From positions 677,940-741,939 of the forward strand of contig JBFXEV010000001.1 of the NCBI GenBank assembly GCA_050179755.1: a stretch of 64,000 nucleotides of DNA. Direction: 5' to 3'. Source of the stretch: Candidatus Babeliales bacterium (GTDB lineage Bacteria > Babelota > Babeliae > Babelales > JBFXEV01). The notes under the pieces were generated by a model. It worked only from the letters and a program-made list of their open reading frames with translations. It was not told where the DNA came from and searched no databases. Made by a program: the position numbers and the translations under genes. Of the stretch, positions 1-9,410 are shown one piece after another; position 1 is the stretch's first letter; the number at the start of each line of letters is the position of its first letter.

Positions 1-1956
1 TTCTGGCTCTCTTGGCGGACAAGTTTCAATTGCAGGAGCTTTCTCGTCAATCTTGGTGTCTACAACACAAGCCAATTCTCTGGTATAAAATCGTTCTATT
101 TCCTGCTTAATTATTACAGTTGGCTGGTTTGTTATTATTGCTTCATACAGAGCTTGGATTGATGGCTGATATCTATAACAAGTATTATTTTTAATGCTTG
201 TGCAAATAAGGCTGAGCGCTTCTTTTAGAACAGATTTTTGTGTTGTATCTTTTTCAATATTGTATGCATAGATTAATTGATTGTATTGATGGCAAAGAAC
301 ATGGAATTCTGGTTTTAAGAGCGAGGAGTTTGCTCTCAATTCTATATTCTGATACTGAGCAATATCTTTTAAGATGCCGCAAGGCTCAAAGAAAGCATCT
401 ATGAGTTTTTCACGCTGTTTATTTTGCGGTGAAATAATCTTAAAAATAGTATCAATTAATACAGGAGTAGCAGTTATTCCTACAAGTTGATAAAGTGCTG
501 CATGCACGGCATTATGTGCATCATCAGGAATTTGCCATGCCTCTTGTAGTCGTTTTTTCCAATCAAGGCGCATAAGCAACTCTGTATTGAGCGCATCTTG
601 TTTTTCCTTGTTGTTTTTTAGTGACTTGCGATCCTGCTCGCTTATGATTGCCCAACGAGGATCTTTTGTTACTTCGCGATAAATGCCATATTCATTGTAA
701 GTTGCAGAAAGGTACTTTTTATAATAATAATTATATAAATCTGCAGCATAATTTGGGCAACAAGAGCGGTATTCTTGAGCAACATGCCAATCATTTTTTT
801 GGCATGCATTAATGAGTTCAAGTAAATTACGATTTGTTTGATTGCAACGAATTATGGTTTTCCATTCGTTTGGATCACGATCATAAAAGTTTTCTTTGAT
901 CTTATAGCTAATATTGATAGGTGCAAAAGCGCACCAATTGACTGCGCGTGCAAAATAATCTGGATCTTCGAGGCGAGCAATAGCTCGAAATAATTTTTTT
1001 TCTTTTAGAATACTGTGCGCATTCTTTGTACCGAAGATTGGTAGTATAAAATTATTTAAAATAATATATTCAAATTCATCATTTGCATAATAGGGTTCCA
1101 GACTTCCATCTGCTCTAAAATAATATGATAACAATGCATTAATTGCATTGTGTAAATGTGCTCCATATAACCCAGGCAACCGTAAATTAATACACTTTAA
1201 ACGAGCTTCCACGTGCACGGATGGATCATTGGCATTTGTTTTAATAAGAACGTCTAAACAATATGATAGAGCTTGTGCTAAATCTTCTTGAAAATAAGGA
1301 TCATTAATCCAATAACGATTAATAAACTCTTGCTCTTGTTCATATTTACTTTTTCGCTTAGGAGTGGCGATTGGTTTGAACTGCATTTGAAAGTAGCCAT
1401 TACCTAACGTTGTTCTGAATCCATTTTGAATAGCAAAAGTATGTGGTTCATAAAAAGTATTATCAAACTTATATTCTATTGGCTGTGTACATAAGGGGTG
1501 GTGTAGTGTTTTAGGTGCTATGTGGGAATCTATGGTATTGGCAGTGCATTGCGCACTGATTTGGTTTTGCACATGAGCAAGAGTAGCAACGGCAGTTGGT
1601 TTTTGTATAATTTCTTGTTTTGGCAATGTTTGTGGATTAATGTAGTGCGCATATTCTTTGCCAAGTGCGGTGATTGCTATACCTTCTTTAAAAGGTTCTT
1701 TTTGTTGTTGCGCTGCAATATAAGAACAAGCAACTTCTGCTGCCGCATGGTTTATGTGCGTTTCTTGCATATTTTCAGTGAGAATGACTGCTCCTAAAAG
1801 AAGCTCGCATACCCCGAGCGCTTCAGCTGCAGAAATTGCTAATACCGCACCTTCATATATTACCAACGCCATTGGGCGAACGGTAGTTACAATAAGTTCA
1901 TTGAGTATAAAAAGGATACAGAGTGAAAAGACTAACTTGTTTAAATGCTTTTTCAT
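1..1956 (-). CDS. Large hypothetical protein with hydrophobic N-terminal leader; 3' end leaves the window (partial)
   Basis: Absent from the ORF track because it runs off the window. Reverse-strand reading from ATG at 1956..1954 stays open to base 1 (652 codons): MKKHLNKLVFSLCILFILNELIV... No recognisable catalytic motif. Confidence 0.6.
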   Translation of the reverse strand, partial: MKKHLNKLVFSLCILFILNELIVTTVRPMALVIYEGAVLAISAAEALGVCELLLGAVILTENMQETHINHAAAEVACSYIAAQQQKEPFKEGIAITALGKEYAHYINPQTLPKQEIIQKPTAVATLAHVQNQISAQCTANTIDSHIAPKTLHHPLCTQPIEYKFDNTFYEPHTFAIQNGFRTTLGNGYFQMQFKPIATPKRKSKYEQEQEFINRYWINDPYFQEDLAQALSYCLDVLIKTNANDPSVHVEARLKCINLRLPGLYGAHLHNAINALLSYYFRADGSLEPYYANDEFEYIILNNFILPIFGTKNAHSILKEKKLFRAIARLEDPDYFARAVNWCAFAPINISYKIKENFYDRDPNEWKTIIRCNQTNRNLLELINACQKNDWHVAQEYRSCCPNYAADLYNYYYKKYLSATYNEYGIYREVTKDPRWAIISEQDRKSLKNNKEKQDALNTELLMRLDWKKRLQEAWQIPDDAHNAVHAALYQLVGITATPVLIDTIFKIISPQNKQREKLIDAFFEPCGILKDIAQYQNIELRANSSLLKPEFHVLCHQYNQLIYAYNIEKDTTQKSVLKEALSLICTSIKNNTCYRYQPSIQALYEAIITNQPTVIIKQEIERFYTRELACVVDTKIDEKAPAIETCPPREPE

Positions 1957-2331
1957 TGAGCTTTCCTTGGTGCAAACCTGTGATGATGCATAAGTTGTAC
2001 TCTATTTTTAAGGGTCTTTCAAGAGCAGGGTAATCTTCAAAATGGGCAATGACAGCAAAAAATGGCGTAAATAAAGAATTATTAGGTGAAAAATATTTTT
2101 GTAGGGGAAAATGGGTTTCAAAGCCAAATTAGCCTTTTTGGCTTGTTTTTACGTATATATTCTGTAGCAGGTACTATCCCTGTTCTTTTAGTCGCAAAAA
2201 GCGCTAAAAAGCCAAATTTCCTTTTGACAAAATTTACAAATTGTCTTATGATGAGATATATCTTATAGTTTATAAGGTTTGAGTAGATTTAAAAATCAAA
2301 CATTCTTAATTTTTCAGGGAAAACCAGTTAT

Positions 2332-4029
2332 ATGATTAGTTCATTTAAGGACATTGCGCTTGCTGCCTCATTAAAAAGAGCTCTTGAAGAGCTTGGCTTT
2401 ACTACGCCAACTGAGATTCAAGCCAAAGCAATTCCTCAGCTCATTGATGCAAAAAATATAGATTTTCATGGCCAAGCCCAAACAGGTACGGGTAAAACAC
2501 TCGCGTTTGGCTTGCCATTACTGCATCACATTGACCCAACAAATAAGCAAGTACAGGCATTGATTGTAGCACCAACTCGTGAACTTGTAGTGCAAATTGC
2601 AGAAAGTTTACAGCAAGTTGCAAAATATAGTCAAATTAAAATCACCACAATCTATGGTGGTGTATCAATGCAAGATCAATTACACGTACTTAAAAATAAT
2701 GGCGTGCAAGTTGTTGTTGGCACTCCAGGTCGTCTTAATGATCATTTACGCAGAAAAACATTAAAGCTTAATGTACTTCAAACTATCGTGCTTGATGAAG
2801 CTGACATTATGCTTGATATGGGCTTTAAAGAAGAGATTGATGAAATCCTTAATAACTGTTCAAAAGAGCGTAACATCTGGTTATTCTCAGCAACGGTTAA
2901 AGGTGGTATTGAAGATCTTAAAAATTCACACATGCGCAATCCAATCTCAGTGCGTGTATCAAAGAGCGATGTTGGTAACAAACAAGTAAAACAATATTAT
3001 TGCATAGTGCCATCGCGCAATCGCCTTGCAGCACTTTCTCGTTTTATTGATAAATCACTTTCATTTTATGGTTTAATCTTCTGTCCAACCAAAATTTTGG
3101 CAGGCGAAGTTGCTGAAGTACTTCTTAAACGTGGCTATAAAGCAAGTGCGCTTCATGGTGATATGAACCAAGCGTCACGTAACCGTGTAATTAAGCGTTT
3201 TAAAGACAATCAAGTACAAATTCTTGTGGCTACTGACGTGGCAGCACGTGGTATTGACGTTGCAGATTTAACGCACGTTATAAACTATTGTATCCCTGAA
3301 GACCAAGAAAGCTATGTTCACCGTATTGGTAGAACGGGCCGTGCTGGTAAAGAAGGAACTGCGATCACCTTTATTAATCCGTCAGAAATTAGCCGTATCA
3401 AACGTTTACAACAACGCTTTGGCTTAGACATTAAACCTATTGATGTGCCGAGCATAGAAGACATCGCAGGGGTTCGCGTGCAAGAAGCTGCAGAATATGT
3501 GGCGCTTTCTTCTCATAAAGATAAACATTCTGGTGCGTACCTTGACACGTTGCGTGGCTTGGTAACAGAATATGAGCAAGCGGATCTTATTAACGTAGTA
3601 GTTAACAGCTTGCATGATCTATTCTTTAAGCATATTAAACAAGAAACAGATATTTCATTCACACCAGCAAGTAAGTTTAGTGATTTTGGTGACGAATCTG
3701 AATCACGTGGCCGTGGGCGCCGTGGTGATCGTAATGATCGTGGCGGTGAACGCCGTGATCGTGGGGATCGTGGGCCGTCTCGCCTTGCTGATGGTCATGA
3801 AGAACTTGCATTAAACGTTGGTTCTGATGATAAAATTACTAAAACTGATTTAGTTACGTTCTTGACTCAGAATGCAAAAGTTAATGGGCAAGATCTTGGT
3901 AAAATTAAATTGATCAAGCGTTGCAGCTTTATCAGTGTGCCGTCTCCAATAGTCAATCGAGTGATTCAATCACTTGATGGCAAAAAGTTCGGCGGCCGCC
4001 AAGTGCGAGTTCGTAGAACTGGAGAGTAA
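2332..4029 (+). CDS. deaD: DEAD-box ATP-dependent RNA helicase with C-terminal DbpA-type RNA-binding domain
   Basis: Motifs AQTGTGKT, PTRELV, VLDEADIMLDMGF (DEAD), SAT, HRIGRTGRAG. RG/RD-rich linker (RGRGRRGDRNDRGGERRDRGDRG). C-terminal ELALNVGSDDKITKTDLV...GGRQVRVRR. Confidence 0.93.
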   Translation: MISSFKDIALAASLKRALEELGFTTPTEIQAKAIPQLIDAKNIDFHGQAQTGTGKTLAFGLPLLHHIDPTNKQVQALIVAPTRELVVQIAESLQQVAKYSQIKITTIYGGVSMQDQLHVLKNNGVQVVVGTPGRLNDHLRRKTLKLNVLQTIVLDEADIMLDMGFKEEIDEILNNCSKERNIWLFSATVKGGIEDLKNSHMRNPISVRVSKSDVGNKQVKQYYCIVPSRNRLAALSRFIDKSLSFYGLIFCPTKILAGEVAEVLLKRGYKASALHGDMNQASRNRVIKRFKDNQVQILVATDVAARGIDVADLTHVINYCIPEDQESYVHRIGRTGRAGKEGTAITFINPSEISRIKRLQQRFGLDIKPIDVPSIEDIAGVRVQEAAEYVALSSHKDKHSGAYLDTLRGLVTEYEQADLINVVVNSLHDLFFKHIKQETDISFTPASKFSDFGDESESRGRGRRGDRNDRGGERRDRGDRGPSRLADGHEELALNVGSDDKITKTDLVTFLTQNAKVNGQDLGKIKLIKRCSFISVPSPIVNRVIQSLDGKKFGGRQVRVRRTGE

Positions 4030-4633
4030 TCTTCATTGAGCCCAGTGCTCAAAAATTAAGTAAGGGTTTTGGTTAGTGCGTAAAAGCATTAGTATCAGAA
4101 CCCTTAATTTTAGATCAAAAAACCTCTACAGCCGGTCTCAGGCTGGTTTCCTCCTTTGTTTATCCGGGCCTTTAGGGTCGGCAAACTACGAGAGGAAAAG
4201 TCCTCCTGCTCTCCTATACAATGTTGATTTTACCCTATAATCTCAGAGATTATTTACCTTTTAGCCCTCTGTAGACCCTTGAATTTTAACCTGGCTTTAT
4301 GTTACAATGAGAATATAGAATAGGCTCCGGTGCTTAATATAGGGTATTCTAAAAAAATTTACTCTGGCTGTATGAGTATTAGTTGCTTAATAAAGCACTC
4401 AGCATTCATAAAAAAGTTATGCGTTAATGGTAGTTAATGCAAGCATGCCATTTGGCGCTATTAAAGATATTTCCATGCAAGGTGATTTCTCATTGGTCGC
4501 TTATATGATAACGCCGATAGGCTAATGACAGAGAAAGTCTTTTTTGCTCTCAAAAGAAGAAGAAAAGTTTGAAAGAGCGTCAGCAGATTTTGATGTAGCA
4601 GTAAGTAAAGAGCACAACTAAAGGAGATTGTTA

Positions 4634-6202
4634 ATGTTGAGCAAAAAATTAGTTCTGTTTTGTGCTTTTTTCTCTCTGGCCAATCTTATGGGCATGGAGC
4701 AAGTGACTATTCAAACGGAAGAAGGTCAAGAATTTATTGTAGACGCAGACCTTGCAAAGCTTTCGGAAACTTTAAAGAATTTAATAGAAGATGCAGGAGG
4801 GGATCTACTTGAGAACTCATTGCCATTGCCTAATATTACAGGGGCCACATGGGCGCAGATTCAAAATTTATTACCCGCTGTTCGCGATATTATAGATGGC
4901 ACTCAAGATGCTCAGCAAAAAAAAGATGGCATTATTGCCGCATTAAAACAACTTGATGGCACTAATCTCATAGCATTTATTATTGCAGTTAATTATTTGG
5001 ATATTCGTATTCTATTAGAGTTAGCAATTGATGTTGCAAAACAGATTGATGTTAAAAAGATAACTCCCGCACAAATTGCTGCACTACCCAAAGAAATTCG
5101 CAATCCTATTATATTTGCACAGACATTAAATATTTTGGGTCCATTGAGTGACAGCTCATTGCAGGTTAAGCAAACTGCCGGTAAACGTTCAGTATTTTCA
5201 GTGGATGTATCGCCTGACGGCAGCAAGATGGTCTCAGGATCTAATGATAGAACCGTACGTATATGGGATGTTAATAATTTTAACTTACTTAAAACATTTT
5301 ATACCGTAAATATGGTGAGAGCGGTTTGTGTAACACCAGATGGCCGTAAGCTTGTTACTGGTTCAGACGATGGCGTTGTCCGTCTACTTGATATCAATAC
5401 CGGTGGGCTCCATCGGGTGTTTATGGGGCATATATTTCCTGTGACATCAATCTCTATAACGCCAGATGGTAATCATATAGTTTCAGGTTCTGCTGATGGT
5501 ACAATTCGCATATGGGATATTATGACAGGTGAACTTGTTGCCGTGTTGCGAGATTCTGTAAGCAAAGCGATCAATGCAGTCTTTGTAACACCTAATGGTA
5601 AACATATAATTTCAGGGTCCGATGATTATTCAGTTGGCATATGGGATATTGGAACATATAAGCCATTAGTTAAGCTAATAGGGCATACCGGCCCAGTTAA
5701 GGGAGTGTGGGCAACGCCAGATGGTGCCTTTATTGTTTCAGGGTCATTGGATGGGACAGTTCGTATTTGGGATAGCAACACTCACCAACAATTATACGAG
5801 CTAAAAGCCGATGGTCCTGTGAATTCTGTTGTTGTAACGCAGGATGGCAGTAAAATACTCTCAAGCTCTCAGAATGGCATACAAGTATGGGATAGAAATA
5901 ATCGTGCGTTACTTGTACATTTTATTGTTTTTCCTCATATGATTCGGGTTACGCCCGATGGCAAAACTATTGTGGGTTCCAGTGGTAACTTGTTATTCAA
6001 ATTTGATATGTCAATTTTGGATCGCTTTCCTGCTATAACACTACAGCAGGCTGAGTTCATTTGGTCGTATTTACAAGGCAGTCATCGTGAAGACTGGAGC
6101 CCTATTTTAAACCTTCTGGCACTTAGGCCAACAATGTTACAAGGAGTAGCGGGTGTGCAGGAAGTGCAGCCGCCCACAAAACGCCGGCGGGGTGCTCAGT
6201 AA
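4634..6202 (+). CDS. Leader + SKP1-like (POZ) domain + WD40 propeller fusion protein, paralog 1
   Basis: AAGGAG at 4621-4626 sits 7 nt before ATG 4634; the track start 4628 is TTG. Leader is LSKKLVLFCAFFSLANLMG. SKP1-collinear block: MEQVTIQTEEGQEFIVDADLAKLSETLKNLIEDAG...LPLPNI...IIAVNYLDIRILLELAIDVAKQI. WD blades: GSNDRTVRIWDV, GSDDGVVRLLDI, GSADGTIRIWDI, GSDDYSVGIWDI, GSLDGTVRIWDS. Confidence 0.85.
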   Translation: MLSKKLVLFCAFFSLANLMGMEQVTIQTEEGQEFIVDADLAKLSETLKNLIEDAGGDLLENSLPLPNITGATWAQIQNLLPAVRDIIDGTQDAQQKKDGIIAALKQLDGTNLIAFIIAVNYLDIRILLELAIDVAKQIDVKKITPAQIAALPKEIRNPIIFAQTLNILGPLSDSSLQVKQTAGKRSVFSVDVSPDGSKMVSGSNDRTVRIWDVNNFNLLKTFYTVNMVRAVCVTPDGRKLVTGSDDGVVRLLDINTGGLHRVFMGHIFPVTSISITPDGNHIVSGSADGTIRIWDIMTGELVAVLRDSVSKAINAVFVTPNGKHIISGSDDYSVGIWDIGTYKPLVKLIGHTGPVKGVWATPDGAFIVSGSLDGTVRIWDSNTHQQLYELKADGPVNSVVVTQDGSKILSSSQNGIQVWDRNNRALLVHFIVFPHMIRVTPDGKTIVGSSGNLLFKFDMSILDRFPAITLQQAEFIWSYLQGSHREDWSPILNLLALRPTMLQGVAGVQEVQPPTKRRRGAQ

Positions 6203-6328
6203 TAATTACCTGAGCTACAGGTAAAAATAGCTTATTTTACCCAAATTAATATTTTCTATTTGACATAATTTATACCTGTGATATACTGAATATACCCTAT
6301 ATTATTCAGGTTTAAATGGAGTATTATT

Positions 6329-7966
6329 ATGTTAAAGAAATTACTATTTTTTTCATTATTAACGGTCTCTTGCGCTTATGCCATGGAACCAGTGCCAGGT
6401 AAGCGGCAAAAACGTTATGATAATCCTCTAGAAGATGGTTCAAGTGAGGTTGACGCTTTGCCCAGATATTTATCAATTGAGCAGCCGGCATTCGTAAAAA
6501 GCGATGAGGACGTTGCTATTCAGACAGAGGATGACCAACACTTTATAGTTCCTATTCAACTTATTAAGTTATCTGAGACACTAAAAAATTTAATCGAAGA
6601 TGCTGGAATAGATCATCCAATTCCGCTACCTAATATTACTGCTTATACATGGCAGTTAACCCAATCATTGCTAGAGCGCGTGAGTGTTCTTTCGGGAAAT
6701 GATGCAGCCTTAGCGCCTCATGCAAAAAATTCTATTATAGCAACTTTACAAGATCTTAGATGCCAGGATCTTGTTGATTTTATTACAGCAGTTAATTACT
6801 TGGATATTCCAATTTTACTTAATATTGTGCTTGATGTTGTAAAGCAAGCAGATGTTTCTGTTATGACCCCGGAGCAGCTTATTCAGCTGCCAAAAGAAAT
6901 TGCCAATCCCATAGTTCTTGCGCATATTTTGCGGGCGTTAGCACCGTTACAAGGGCAGCAGCAACAAGTTATTAAGGGGTTTAAACGAGCGATTGCAGGA
7001 CTTTGTGTTAGTCCCAATGGTAACAAGATATATACCACGCATATCAATGGTATTGCGCGTATTTGGGATATGGCAACTGGTCAGCAGTTAAGTCAATTCG
7101 GGCATGCATCATGGGGGCGCCCAGGCTTGGGCTTATTGCCTGATGAAAGTGCTGCCCTATTAGGTTTTCATGCAAAGCCAATAATAATGTGGGATCTGGC
7201 AGCGAATAAGGTTTGTGAGAATGTTACCTTTGAGCGTCCTGATAATGCATTTTTAGGCGTACATACATTTCAAGTTACCCCTGATGGCACTAAAATTGTG
7301 TGCAAGGTGCACACGGGTTTCATCATTGTATGGGATCGTATCACTGGTAAAATTATTCATCGTATTTTAAGTGACGCAAGGCTTGTTTGTGTATCATCTG
7401 ATAGCAAGTATCTTGTTTTATGTGCGCTAAATGGTGCAATAACTCTACATGACATGGAATCAGGAGTACGCGTTGAGTCATTTCCTAAAATTGGAGATGG
7501 CAGTTGTGTTGATGGTGTTTTAATAACGCCAGATCAAAGCAAAATAATTCTAAATTATGCTGGTCGCGTATTATTTATAAAAGATTTTAAAACCGGTGCC
7601 GATCTTAACCGCATAGGCTATGATGAGCAAATTAGCGCAATATGCGTTACGCCAGATAGTTCTTATATATTGATTGGGCTTGTAAATGGTAACATACATA
7701 TGCATGAGCTTGCAACGGGTACATTAGTTGCCTGTTTTAAAGGTCATACAAAGGCAGTTTGTAATCTTAAAGTTGTGTCACAGGGTAGTCGTTTTGTTTC
7801 AGCATCTATGCTGGATAAGACCATGCGTATATGGAATCTAGATATATTTGCTCGCTTACGTGCATTATCTAAAGAGCAAGCAAAGTATATATGGACTTGC
7901 TTATATAAAAAAGAGATTGATAAGTGCCGTGTATATGTTCAAAATATTATAGTGCCACAAGACTAG
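6329..7966 (+). CDS. Leader + SKP1-like (POZ) domain + degenerate WD40 propeller fusion protein, paralog 2
   Basis: GGAG precedes the ATG. Leader is MLKKLLFFSLLTVSCAYA. SKP1-like block: VAIQTEDDQHFIVPIQLIKLSETLKNLIEDAG..PIPLPNI..ITAVNYLDIPILLNIVLDVVKQ. WD-like blades: GIARIWDM, PIIMWDL, GFIIVWDR, DKTMRIWNL. Confidence 0.82.
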   Translation: MLKKLLFFSLLTVSCAYAMEPVPGKRQKRYDNPLEDGSSEVDALPRYLSIEQPAFVKSDEDVAIQTEDDQHFIVPIQLIKLSETLKNLIEDAGIDHPIPLPNITAYTWQLTQSLLERVSVLSGNDAALAPHAKNSIIATLQDLRCQDLVDFITAVNYLDIPILLNIVLDVVKQADVSVMTPEQLIQLPKEIANPIVLAHILRALAPLQGQQQQVIKGFKRAIAGLCVSPNGNKIYTTHINGIARIWDMATGQQLSQFGHASWGRPGLGLLPDESAALLGFHAKPIIMWDLAANKVCENVTFERPDNAFLGVHTFQVTPDGTKIVCKVHTGFIIVWDRITGKIIHRILSDARLVCVSSDSKYLVLCALNGAITLHDMESGVRVESFPKIGDGSCVDGVLITPDQSKIILNYAGRVLFIKDFKTGADLNRIGYDEQISAICVTPDSSYILIGLVNGNIHMHELATGTLVACFKGHTKAVCNLKVVSQGSRFVSASMLDKTMRIWNLDIFARLRALSKEQAKYIWTCLYKKEIDKCRVYVQNIIVPQD

Positions 7967-7988
7967 GACAAACTAGAAATTAACTTTC

Positions 7989-9362
7989 TTATAATGCTTT
8001 TTCAATAATCTTAATCGAATCAGCAAATCCTTTTCTTAATCTTAATAAAAAAGACTTGCAATTTGAAAGTTCCGCAATAAGGTCTTGAATGCGCTCGTCT
8101 GTTAATCCAATCTTTTGCGCTTGTGCTTTGGTTAACCCATATTGATCGAGTGTGCCATCTAAAAATGCCTGAGCAATGCAGCGTGAGGGCACGGTTTGCA
8201 AGATATAGCTATATTGGCGCAATTGATAATAAAGATCACTTGCTAATGAACCGTTTTCATAGGCAACTTGTATTGCTCGCCACTGTGCTGCAAACTGTTC
8301 ATCCGTTACATCGTTTATTTTTAGATTTGTTCTTCCAAAAAAATCTGCCATAGTATTTTCTACTGATGCACTATACTGCCCCATTTTTGCATATGTTAAT
8401 AAAAATTCTTCAGTGAGCGTTAGGTCTTGCGTTAAAATACATTGTCTCAATGTTGCAAAGCAAATTTGATCTCGTTCAAGTGCTGTAATGTTGGATTCAA
8501 CTTCTTTATGTAGTGCAACTAATTGTGCGTGTAATTGCACGAGAAGCTCATTAGTTTTTTCATCTTCTTTAGTAATTCTTTTAAGAAGTTCTTTGCCGTG
8601 TGTTAATGCTTTTTCATACTTCCTATGATTCAATTCTTCTGGATTTGATTCTTGCAGAGGTTCTTGCATTTCAATTTTTTCTACTGCTTCAATCACTGGC
8701 ACTGATTCTGATGTTTGAGTTTGCTGCGTAGCAGCAATAATACTTTTAAATGGGGCAAATGAACCCCTTATTTTCTGTGCAAGAAACCGCCAAGCAGTTG
8801 ATACTGGTGTTGCTGTTTGTTCAAGTGTGGAGTGCTTAGATGATTGCTGCTCGGCTGCAGGTATTAATGAAACTGCGCTTGCATTATCAAGTGTGGCTAT
8901 ATACGTAATTTCACTTGGCGCTTCTTGCTGTTCTTGAGTTTTTTGCATTGTGTGAGCATCATAATCATCAACAATAAGGAGCAGTGGTTTTGGGCTATCT
9001 GCAAGATCTAACGTTCTTAACAACGCATCTATGGGTGATGCTTCATGTAAGCGCACAACAAATTCAGCAGGAGCTGCTCTATTAAATGGTAATTTGCAGT
9101 GATTAAAGAGTAATTCAATTTGGCCATGAATAGTGCGCGTGCAGGTGTTTGCTGCTTTGCATAATTTTTGTAAATCGCTTAGTGCTGGCCGTTCCGCATG
9201 CATGGATTTGCCAGCGGTATTAATGATTATCCAGCTTTTTCCCATTAGATTATCATCAGCATCTGGTTCCATGCAAAAAGTATTGGTTGTGATAACGCAT
9301 ATGATGATAAATACAATCTTTTTGCTAGTTGGCATTATATGACCAGCGTTATGATCTAACAT
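7989..9362 (-). CDS. Hypothetical leader-bearing protein, helical/coiled-coil rich
   Basis: 457-codon ORF with AAAGGA upstream of ATG 9362. Hydrophobic segment KKIVFIIICVITTNTFC is followed by MEPDADD. No recognisable domain. Confidence 0.6.
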   Translation of the reverse strand: MLDHNAGHIMPTSKKIVFIIICVITTNTFCMEPDADDNLMGKSWIIINTAGKSMHAERPALSDLQKLCKAANTCTRTIHGQIELLFNHCKLPFNRAAPAEFVVRLHEASPIDALLRTLDLADSPKPLLLIVDDYDAHTMQKTQEQQEAPSEITYIATLDNASAVSLIPAAEQQSSKHSTLEQTATPVSTAWRFLAQKIRGSFAPFKSIIAATQQTQTSESVPVIEAVEKIEMQEPLQESNPEELNHRKYEKALTHGKELLKRITKEDEKTNELLVQLHAQLVALHKEVESNITALERDQICFATLRQCILTQDLTLTEEFLLTYAKMGQYSASVENTMADFFGRTNLKINDVTDEQFAAQWRAIQVAYENGSLASDLYYQLRQYSYILQTVPSRCIAQAFLDGTLDQYGLTKAQAQKIGLTDERIQDLIAELSNCKSFLLRLRKGFADSIKIIEKAL

Positions 9363-9410
9363 GGAAATCCTTTGCGTATAAAGTTTAAAACCTTAAGGTT
9401 TTAATAGTAG

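Noticed and set aside
4192-4203. gaggaaaagtcc resembling the RNase P RNA P4 strand GAGGAAAGUCC, with a possible partner aacctggcttt about 100 nt downstream.
   Set aside because: There is one extra A, the two strands are only about 100 nt apart versus about 250-300 nt in real RNase P RNAs, and no other conserved RNase P regions are visible.
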